A program made the position numbers and the translations under genes. Below the pieces are notes generated by a model. That model saw nothing but the letters and a program-made list of their open reading frames with translations, did not search any database and had not been told where the DNA came from. From an uncultured Granulosicoccaceae bacterium (lineage in GTDB: Bacteria; Pseudomonadota; Gammaproteobacteria; Granulosicoccales; Granulosicoccaceae): a stretch of DNA of 24,000 nt. The stretch lies in NCBI GenBank assembly GCA_964409275.1, contig CAYPCS010000017.1, positions 32,895-56,894 of the forward strand. Reading direction: 5' to 3'. This document shows, in pieces, positions 17,279 to 24,000 of the stretch; the first letter of the stretch is position 1; each line of letters opens with the position of its first letter.

Positions 17279-18027
17279 GAGAGGCCACGCGCGGCTTCGG
17301 GGCTGGTTTCACCACCCAGTATCAGCTGCCTTCCTCCACGTGACTGACTAATAAAATCCCACAGCGCATGGGTATCTACCATTTGAGCAGCAACAGCGGA
17401 CAGGATGTTAAGTAGTGCAAAAGCCCAAAACGAAAGGCCGAGCTCAATATTTGCCATCGACGCGAGCTTGACCAGTGCGACGATTGCGCCAAGCAGGTAG
17501 ATCTCCATCATGCTCCACGGCGACAAGCTGACAATTCCACGAAACACCATTTCTAAGCCAGGCAGTCGCTTTTCAAAACGCAATGGCCAGAGGATGTAAA
17601 TCAACCCGACCACTCGCAATAGCGGAATAAACAGAATAAATCCAAAGCAAAGAATCCCCAGCACCCACAAGCCCTCGCCGGACAGGGCGAATACAGCAGA
17701 AATAATAGAAATGCTCTGGGTGTTTCCGGACACACTTATCGCCAGAAAGGGAAACGCATTGGCGACAATAAACATAATCAGCGCGGCTACACTGACAGCG
17801 AGCGCCCGGTCGATACTGTCGGGTTTATTGGAGTACAAGAAAGCATTACAGCGCATACAGCGGGCAACGGCACCAGGCGCTATCTCTTTTTTCTCATGCA
17901 ACAGGTCGCACTCATGACAGGCAACCAGTGACAACAAAACGGTATCCACATACCGCCGTGAGCCCGACGAGCTTGCATTCTGCGGCTTGTCGAGCGTATT
18001 CGATGTCACAAAATCGTCATTCGCCAT
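17275..18027 (-). CDS. pqiA: PqiA-family integral membrane protein (first half-size paralog)
   Basis: CHECD...CMRC N-terminal motif followed by the PqiA TM domain. First gene of the pqi operon. Confidence 0.85.
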   Translation of the reverse strand: MANDDFVTSNTLDKPQNASSSGSRRYVDTVLLSLVACHECDLLHEKKEIAPGAVARCMRCNAFLYSNKPDSIDRALAVSVAALIMFIVANAFPFLAISVSGNTQSISIISAVFALSGEGLWVLGILCFGFILFIPLLRVVGLIYILWPLRFEKRLPGLEMVFRGIVSLSPWSMMEIYLLGAIVALVKLASMANIELGLSFWAFALLNILSAVAAQMVDTHALWDFISQSRGGRQLILGGETSPEAARGLS

Positions 18028-18193
18028 AGTCCGGTTTCTTATGCTGCCGTGTACGGCACCTGCCCTGGGGTATCCCGATAGCGTTACAAGATCGCTGCCA
18101 GTTTTGCCTGCAGCCGAATTTGCACAGTACCTGCACAGATAGCCGCCGGGTTAACCCGAGAGTTGCGAAGGACCCAAAAAGAAATATGACCTG

Positions 18194-18916
18194 CTATTGT
18201 CGACCGGTGTCAGGTTTCTTGCGATACACCAAATCGAACACGTTGTGGCCAAGCCTCCGTCCTCGTTGTTCAAATTTGGTATCAGGCCTCGCGGTCACAA
18301 TTGTACTTCGCAAGGGCTCATGCAAAACCGCTTCATAGCCATCGTGCCGGGCCAACACTGACTGGATGTGGGTGGCATAGGAAGACCAGTCTGTCGCAAT
18401 GTGCAAAACCGCATCATCCACCAGTGCTTTTTGCAGTAATTGCAAAAACTCTGCGTTAACAATCCGTCGCTTGTGATGGCGGGTCTTGTGCCAGGGATCA
18501 GGAAAAAAAAGAGACAATCGACCGAGGCTGTTTTTTGCGATGTTGTGTTGCAGTAACTCAAGTGCGTCATAACGAATAACCCTGGCGTTCTGCAGACCGC
18601 GAGCCGCTATCTCACCCAGTGCATGGCCAACACCCGGAAGATGTACTTCTACGCCGATAAAATTTACTAACGGATTGGCCTCTGCCATACAGGCAAGCGC
18701 TTCACCGTTGCCAAAACCGATTTCCATCCAGACAGGTGCGCTGCGACCAAAGCACCGATTAAAATCAATCGCACTGGTTCCAACATCAATACCGAATTGA
18801 GGCCAGTACCTGTCGAGACTTCGCTGCTGGCCTTCAGTCAGACGCCCTTGCCGCAGGACAAAGGTACGAATAGAACGCGTGCTAAGAGTCAACTTTGACA
18901 TAGCGGATATATTCAT
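18194..18916 (-). CDS. trmB: tRNA (guanine46-N7)-methyltransferase
   Basis: IRTFVLRQGRLTEGQ, EIGFGNGEAL, GVEVH and FFPDPWHKTRHHKRRIV match TrmB signatures. Length 240 aa. Confidence 0.9.
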   Translation of the reverse strand: MNISAMSKLTLSTRSIRTFVLRQGRLTEGQQRSLDRYWPQFGIDVGTSAIDFNRCFGRSAPVWMEIGFGNGEALACMAEANPLVNFIGVEVHLPGVGHALGEIAARGLQNARVIRYDALELLQHNIAKNSLGRLSLFFPDPWHKTRHHKRRIVNAEFLQLLQKALVDDAVLHIATDWSSYATHIQSVLARHDGYEAVLHEPLRSTIVTARPDTKFEQRGRRLGHNVFDLVYRKKPDTGRQ

Positions 18917-18960
18917 TCCGAAATAAGTTTAACGGTACAAGCACCGTTCGATCACAATTT

Positions 18961-19158
18961 AGGCGCCATATTTTTCTTTCTGCAACATTGTTGATATGGC
19001 CATGATTTGGTATCGACTATATACTGGTTGTCGGAGCGATGGCCGTCGATAGTCAGCACGGCGGAAACCGTGTTTATCGCCAGCCGACCCACACGGGTTA
19101 CCGTCGTTCAAGGGTGAAGCGATTTTTGCAGAAACATTCGTATTCTGCCTTAGCGCCA
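18961..19158 (+). ncRNA. Candidate structured RNA: rod-like ~198-nt imperfect hairpin (6S-like, or alternatively a MITE/ERIC-like repeat). Strand uncertain.
   Basis: GGCGC (18962-18966) pairs with GCGCC (19153-19157). TTTCTGCAA (18977-18985) pairs with TTGCAGAAA (19126-19134). Inner helices are GTCGG/CCGAC and CGATA/TATCG. The apical hairpin is CACGG-cggaaa-CCGTG (19057-19072), almost exactly at the midpoint. Large unpaired regions lie between the helices. GTTCAAGGGT (19106-19115) matches a 10-mer in the 3' closing-stem strand of E. coli 6S RNA at a similar relative position. The pairing was worked out by hand and was not scored against a covariance model. Confidence 0.35.
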
Positions 19159-19375
19159 TTAACGTGGCGAATCAAGTTCACGCGGTTATCACCAAATTGA
19201 CATGCGGCTCTTGCCTCACTGAAGACTCTACGCGCCGGCTCAGCTCGTATTGCCTCGGCTGGCTTCGAAAGCAGCAACTACTTCACGCCACCCGATGCGT
19301 CACTGCACTGGATCTGTGGCTGCAATTTAATGATTTAGATTTGACTTCTAACGAGAGGTAGTCAACCCGAACACT

Positions 19376-21238
19376 ATGAACGAAGCCAGCACACTCACCC
19401 CGGAAATTATACTTGTGTTGGGCCTGCTTTCATTCACTGTGTATCTGTTTGTCTCCGAAATCGTCCGTATCGATGTTGCCGCTGTAACCATCATGGTGCT
19501 GCTCGGCCTTACTACCATGCTACCGGGCATCACTCCGGTTATCACCACCACGGAATTGTTTGACGGCTTCTCCAGTAATGCCGTTATGTCGATCATTGCT
19601 GTAATGATCATCGGCGCAGGCCTCGACAAGACCGGTATCATGAGTCGGGTTGCCAACTGGATATTGCGCAAGGGTGGCTCGACCGAAGCCCGCATTACTC
19701 CGCTGATTTCGGGCACCGTTGGAATCATCTCGAGCTTTATGCAAAACGTAGGCGCGGCTGCTCTGTTTCTGCCGGTGGTAAGTCGCATCAGTCGCCGAAC
19801 CAGTATTCCGATGTCGCGACTGCTGATGCCCATGGGATTTTGCGCCATTCTCGGCGGAACTGTCACCATGGTCGGCTCGAGCCCTCTGATTTTATTAAAC
19901 GATTTATTACTGTCGTCAAACAAGGCGCTGGCGCCTGAATTTCAGATGGAAACGTTCGGACTATTTGACGTGACACCTATCGGTTTGGCCTTGATAGCCA
20001 CCGGTATCCTGTTTTTTGTGTTGTTCGGTCGCTGGGTGCTGCCGGATATCAAAGGCGAAAAACAAAAAGAGAGGACCACAAGAACTGCCGAGTACTTTGA
20101 ACGGGTATATGGAATCTCCGGCGAGTTATTCGAGCTGCAGGCAACCATTGAAAGCCCTCTGGTCGGCATGACGATTATGCAGATCGAAAGGACGCTTGAA
20201 AATGTGCCATTCATGCTCGCAGTCAGAAACGCTGACGAAGTGACCGTGGTGCCCGATGGCAAGGAAGTTATCTGGGTAAATAGCTACATCGGTGTTCTAA
20301 GCAACAAGCGCCAGCTGGTAAAGTTCGCACGACAATACAAACTGAGAATTGTCAAAAACGAAAACCATTTCTCCAGTGTGATGAACGCGCAGGAGACCGG
20401 AATTGCGGAAATCGTTATCCCGCCTGGCTCCGCACTTGTTGGCCAAAGCCTCAACGATTTGCAACTGCGCCGCAACGACGGCTTGCATATATTACGTATT
20501 TATCGGGCGGGTTACACTCTCGACAAATCCATTCGCGACGAACCATTGCAAGGTGGCGATACGCTGGTGGTTCACACCTCTTGGCGCAATCTGAAAAAAC
20601 TGCGCAATAGCGAAGACTACGCAGTCGTCACAGACCGGGTCGATGAGGAACTGCGGCCCAACAAGATTCGCCCTGCTCTTCTTTTTTTTACAATCGCTAT
20701 TTCGCTGGTATTGTTCTCCGAGCTTCGCTTGTCAGTGTCACTACTGGTGGGCGCTATGGGGATGGTGCTGGCGGGTGTACTCACCATGGACGAAGCCTAC
20801 CGGGCGGTTAGCTGGAAGACCGTTTTTCTGCTGGCGAGCCTGATTCCACTGGGACTGGCTGTGGAGAAATCAGGTTCGGCAGCGTGGATCGCGGCACAAA
20901 CGCTTGAGGTCCTTGGCGACGTACCCATTTGGCTGTTGCAAACCGTAATCGCAATTCTGTCCACCGCGTTCACGCTGGTCATGTCGAATATCGGGGCTAC
21001 TGTTTTGTTGGTGCCGCTCGCGGTTAACATCGCCATAGGTGCCGGTGCTGATCCGGCATTGTTTGCTCTGACCGTGGCCATTGCCACATCCAATTCATTC
21101 ATCATACCCACCCATCAGGTAAACGCGCTCATCATGGGTCCGGCCGGGTATCGGGTTCTCGATTTTATGAAAGCAGGTACTTTCATGACAATATTGTTTC
21201 TGATTGTCAGCCTGTGCATGCTTAACCTGGTGTTCTAG
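19376..21238 (+). CDS. SLC13/DASS-family anion permease with two central TrkA-C (RCK_C) domains
   Basis: Hydrophobic N- and C-terminal transporter halves flank two soluble ~70-aa repeats (ELQATIESPLVGMTIMQI... and IVIPPGSALVGQSLNDLQL...GDTLVVH) typical of RCK_C. Confidence 0.85.
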   Translation: MNEASTLTPEIILVLGLLSFTVYLFVSEIVRIDVAAVTIMVLLGLTTMLPGITPVITTTELFDGFSSNAVMSIIAVMIIGAGLDKTGIMSRVANWILRKGGSTEARITPLISGTVGIISSFMQNVGAAALFLPVVSRISRRTSIPMSRLLMPMGFCAILGGTVTMVGSSPLILLNDLLLSSNKALAPEFQMETFGLFDVTPIGLALIATGILFFVLFGRWVLPDIKGEKQKERTTRTAEYFERVYGISGELFELQATIESPLVGMTIMQIERTLENVPFMLAVRNADEVTVVPDGKEVIWVNSYIGVLSNKRQLVKFARQYKLRIVKNENHFSSVMNAQETGIAEIVIPPGSALVGQSLNDLQLRRNDGLHILRIYRAGYTLDKSIRDEPLQGGDTLVVHTSWRNLKKLRNSEDYAVVTDRVDEELRPNKIRPALLFFTIAISLVLFSELRLSVSLLVGAMGMVLAGVLTMDEAYRAVSWKTVFLLASLIPLGLAVEKSGSAAWIAAQTLEVLGDVPIWLLQTVIAILSTAFTLVMSNIGATVLLVPLAVNIAIGAGADPALFALTVAIATSNSFIIPTHQVNALIMGPAGYRVLDFMKAGTFMTILFLIVSLCMLNLVF

Positions 21239-21336
21239 AGTATACGGCTACCACCTTCTGCGGCACCTGGCACTCATTGCAACCGCCCCGTTGTGAATAC
21301 GTTACTATCAGCTTTTAAAAACCGCATGTACCTGCA

Positions 21337-22380
21337 ATGGAATACCGTTCACTCGGCACGAGCGAGCTGATTGTCAGCCAGGTTTGCCTGGGTACCATGA
21401 CCTTTGGCGCGCAAACTTCGCAGACCGATGCCCACAAACAGCTAGATCTGGCGACAGAGATGGGCGTTAATTTCATTGACACGGCTGAACTCTATCCCGC
21501 ACCGGCAAGTGCAGAGACCTGGACCAGCAGTGAGCGCTATATAGGAAACTGGCTTCAACACAAGGTTCGCGAGAAACTGATCCTTGCCACCAAAGTCGTT
21601 GGTCCTGCACCTCGTAAATGGATCGGTTACATCCGTAACGGACCGCAACTCACCCCGACCCAGATCGAGGAGGCGCTCAACGACAGCTTGCGTCGTTTGC
21701 GTACCGACTACATTGACCTCTACCAGATTCACTGGCCGGCTCGCAACACTAACTATTTCGGAAAGCCCGGTTACGTGTATGGCGCAGACAAACACGACAA
21801 CCCGATTGAAGAGACTTTGCAAACACTGGCCACCCTGGTTAAAAGTGGAAAGGTTCGCACTATCGGGGTGTCCAATGAAACGCCCTGGGGGTTGCACAAA
21901 TACCTGGTTTCTATCAGCAACAGCGACGCGCCTGATATTGTCTCGGTGCAAAACCCTTACAGTCTGTTGAACCGCACATTCGAGATTGGCATGGCCGAAT
22001 TTTCACACCGTGAAAAAATCGGGCTGCTGGCATATTCACCATTGGCCAGTGGCGCACTCACCGGAAAGTACCTGGGGAACCTGCCGCCCGGGAATGCCAG
22101 ACTCAGTCTCTATAAAAATTACTTTTATCGCTACACCACCCCCGCTGTCACGGAGGCCGTGTCAAAATATCTGAACCTTGCTAAAGAGCACAATCTGGAT
22201 GTCACCACCATGGCACTCGCATTTGTGCATCAACAGCCTTTTGTAAGCGCAACTATTACAGGTGCTACAAACCTTACACAGCTACGGCAGAATATTGAAA
22301 GTGTCGCTACAAGGCTGGACGAATCAGTAATAAAAGCAATTGAAAAAATCCATCTGTCAAACCCCAATCCCTGCCCGTGA
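21337..22380 (+). CDS. tas: NADP(H)-dependent aldo-keto reductase, Tas-like
   Basis: Near-colinear with remembered E. coli Tas (346 aa): LGTMTFG, DTAE(L/M)YP, DLYQIHWP, GVSNET, QNPYSLLNR, LAYSPL and LAFV(H/R)QQPFV. Confidence 0.85.
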   Translation: MEYRSLGTSELIVSQVCLGTMTFGAQTSQTDAHKQLDLATEMGVNFIDTAELYPAPASAETWTSSERYIGNWLQHKVREKLILATKVVGPAPRKWIGYIRNGPQLTPTQIEEALNDSLRRLRTDYIDLYQIHWPARNTNYFGKPGYVYGADKHDNPIEETLQTLATLVKSGKVRTIGVSNETPWGLHKYLVSISNSDAPDIVSVQNPYSLLNRTFEIGMAEFSHREKIGLLAYSPLASGALTGKYLGNLPPGNARLSLYKNYFYRYTTPAVTEAVSKYLNLAKEHNLDVTTMALAFVHQQPFVSATITGATNLTQLRQNIESVATRLDESVIKAIEKIHLSNPNPCP

Positions 22381-23156
22381 TACCAATAATCGATACCCAC
22401 GTTCACTTCGATCACAGTCGCTTTGATCACGACCGGGATTCAGTGTATAGCCGGGCACTGCAAAGTGGCGTTTCATCGATGATCGTCCCCGCCATCACCG
22501 CCAGTTCATTTTATTCGGTTCAAGAAGTGACAGAGCGCTACAGGAACGTTTACGGGTGCTACGGTTTACACCCGGTATTTACCCGACACCATAGCGACGC
22601 TGATCTGCATACACTTGAAACCACTCTGCAAACGGCACCGTGTGTTGCCATTGGTGAATGCGGTCTGGACGGTCATATAGACAATGGAAACCTCGATCTA
22701 CAGCACCACTATTTCGACGCACAACTGGCACTGGCCAACGCATACAATCTGCCCGTCGTTATTCACGCCAGAGATGCTGTTGAGCAAGTGTTACTGGCCT
22801 TGCGCCGCAACGGACCAGGCCTGGGCGTAGTGCACAGTTATAACGGCAGTCTTCAACAAGCGCACCGACTGATAGATCTGGGTTACCTGGTAAGTTTTGG
22901 CGGGCCTGTTACCTACCCGCGGTCTACAAAGTTACACAACCTTGTAAAAAGACTGCCACAGGACGCTATCATGCTGGAGACCGACGCGCCCGATCAAAGC
23001 GGTTTGCTTCACCGCGGCAAGCGCAACGAGCCGGCGTTTATTAACGAGGTACTGGAAAGCGCCAGCCTGCTGCGCGGGGTATCGACAAGCACGCTGGCCA
23101 ACGCTAGTAACCGCAACGCAACCCGCCTTTTCAACCTCCCAGAAACAGGAACATAG
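22377..23156 (+). CDS. yjjV: TatD-family metal-dependent hydrolase, YjjV-like
   Basis: IDTHVHFD, GECGLD, VVIHAR, VVHSYNGSLQQA and LETDAPD. Same length (259 aa) and colinear motifs with E. coli YjjV. GTG start overlaps the tas stop (GTGA). Confidence 0.8.
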   Translation: MIPIIDTHVHFDHSRFDHDRDSVYSRALQSGVSSMIVPAITASSFYSVQEVTERYRNVYGCYGLHPVFTRHHSDADLHTLETTLQTAPCVAIGECGLDGHIDNGNLDLQHHYFDAQLALANAYNLPVVIHARDAVEQVLLALRRNGPGLGVVHSYNGSLQQAHRLIDLGYLVSFGGPVTYPRSTKLHNLVKRLPQDAIMLETDAPDQSGLLHRGKRNEPAFINEVLESASLLRGVSTSTLANASNRNATRLFNLPETGT

Positions 23157-23170
23157 AAAACCACTACTGC

Positions 23171-23725
23171 CTACTCTGCAACCGATAACAGATCGTCGAC
23201 AAAAGAGCCTAGATCATCAAAGACCTTGACGTTTTCCTCAAGATGTCTGTTTTCTTCCAGGGTTCTCGCACCATGCCCTGTGCGTACCAATACCGGTAAT
23301 GCACCGACCACCATCGCGGATTGCACATCGCGCAAGGAGTCACCCACCAACGGTACACCAGTGAGTTCGGTGTCGAGCCTCTCCATCACACTATGCAGCA
23401 TACCCGGACGCGGTTTGCGGCAACTGCAATCATCATCCGGTTTGTGCGGACAGATAAACACAGCATCGATGCGACCTCCTCCTGCAGCGACAGTCTGATG
23501 CATACACTCGTGTATCGAATGAAGGTTTTCAACGGTAAGCAGACCACGTGCGATACCAGACTGGTTCGTCACTACTATCACCCGATAACCCGCTTGATGT
23601 AGCCGTGCAATTGCTTCGATGCTGCCTTCAATCGGAATCCATTCGTCAACGGCTTTTATATATTCGTCGTCGGACTGCCTGTTTATGACACCATCTCTGT
23701 CCAGCACGATCAACTTCATGTTCAT
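23171..23725 (-). CDS. gmhB: D-glycero-beta-D-manno-heptose-1,7-bisphosphate 7-phosphatase (HAD-IIIA)
   Basis: LDRDGVIN (HAD motif I), VVTNQSG, the zinc-binding CPHKPDDDCSCRKPRPGM motif, and GDSLRD. Start trimmed to ATG 23725 (or 23719). The ORF-track start at 23842 abuts the glyS stop and adds 39 non-conserved residues. Confidence 0.85.
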   Translation of the reverse strand: MNMKLIVLDRDGVINRQSDDEYIKAVDEWIPIEGSIEAIARLHQAGYRVIVVTNQSGIARGLLTVENLHSIHECMHQTVAAGGGRIDAVFICPHKPDDDCSCRKPRPGMLHSVMERLDTELTGVPLVGDSLRDVQSAMVVGALPVLVRTGHGARTLEENRHLEENVKVFDDLGSFVDDLLSVAE

Positions 23726-23842
23726 TGCCTGTGAGTGCTTGCGGACTCGCGCAGCAAAGTGCGCATCGTAGGAGTCACTGTTGCAAGACGAATAGTCTTT
23801 ACAGTCATGCAGCATTCCCTTGAAGATGGTTAAGCTTTGCAA

Positions 23843-24000
23843 TCAGGATTGCAATCTTCCAAGTTCGGCTACGTGCGAAAACAATACTCTCAGTTCGGCC
23901 AGTACCGCAAACCGATTGTCGCGAACGGTAGAATCCTCGGCCATCACCATTACCTCATCAAAATACAGATCAACCGGTTCACGCAGCAGAGCCAGCGCTT
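23843..24000 (-). CDS. glyS: Glycine--tRNA ligase beta subunit, 3' end only
   Basis: Manual translation of the minus strand gives ...ALALLREPVDLYFDEVMVMAEDSTVRDNRFAVLAELRVLFSHVAELGRLQS*. This matches the conserved GlyS C-terminus (E. coli ...REPVDAFFDKVMV...RLTMLEKLRELFLRVADISLLQ, recalled from memory). glyS-gmhB synteny is common in gammaproteobacteria. Confidence 0.8.
   Translation of the reverse strand, partial: ALALLREPVDLYFDEVMVMAEDSTVRDNRFAVLAELRVLFSHVAELGRLQS

Noticed and set aside
18931-18948. Hairpin AACGGT-acaagc-ACCGTT just upstream of the trmB start.
   Set aside because: It is short (6 bp), has no U-tract on either strand, and its position fits neither a terminator nor a known leader element.
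19197-19202. A perfect -35 hexamer TTGACA upstream of the transporter gene.
   Set aside because: No acceptable -10 lies at 16-18 bp spacing (the best candidate is TGAAGA), so I do not call a promoter.
19348-19923. A 191-aa minus-strand ORF overlapping the start of the SLC13 transporter gene.
   Set aside because: It is antisense to a hydrophobic transporter CDS with clear family features. Its Met/Arg/Pro-rich composition is typical of the mirror frame.
21442-21970. ORFs 21442-21951(-) and 21584-21970(+) overlapping tas.
   Set aside because: They are embedded in a CDS colinear with E. coli Tas and have no independent support.
23726-23842. The N-terminal extension of gmhB up to 23842.
   Set aside because: GmhB homologs begin a few residues before the DRDG motif. 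The extension runs right up to the glyS stop codon and has no conserved features.
1-24000. Looked for CRISPR arrays, IS/transposase or integrase genes, prophage genes, tRNA/rRNA genes and known defence or toxin-antitoxin modules.
   Set aside because: I found no regularly spaced direct repeats, no transposase or recombinase-like ORFs, no tRNA-like T-arm motifs in the intergenic regions, and no nuclease, ATPase or small paired ORFs typical of defence or TA loci. Gene content is housekeeping, envelope and metabolic.

Overview
This looks like an ordinary chromosomal segment of a gammaproteobacterium, probably marine and polysaccharide-degrading. That guess rests on gene content only: glyS-gmhB, trmB, a pqiA/A/B/C operon, tas, a yjjV-like tatD gene and a CBM10-like motif. 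I support 22 protein-coding genes, two of them cut by the window edges, plus two rho-independent terminators, a pair of operator-like inverted repeats, one intragenic tandem repeat and one candidate structured RNA or repeat element. I found no rRNA, tRNA, CRISPR array, IS element, integrase, phage gene, or recognisable defence, toxin-antitoxin or secretion system. I therefore cannot claim a clear novel multi-gene system. Five things deserve a second look. (1) An acetate kinase is fused in frame to a PduL-type phosphotransacylase, with no microcompartment genes nearby. (2) A secreted SASA/CE6-type esterase carries six copies of a 21-residue Cys-bounded DxDGDG-[WFY]G[WF]E module, and a lipoprotein paralog sits next to it. 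(3) A roughly 198-nt rod-like, self-complementary element lies in the 459-bp trmB/transporter divergent spacer; it could be a 6S-like RNA or a MITE. (4) An uncharacterised divergent locus runs from 3442 to 8106: a beta-propeller lipoprotein opposite an HTH-like protein and an orphan lipoprotein. Its shared control region holds two TGGGA-N6-TCCCA palindromes 62 bp apart. (5) pqiA is split into two translationally coupled genes. All functional calls come from reading the translated ORFs by eye against remembered family signatures. No database search was run.
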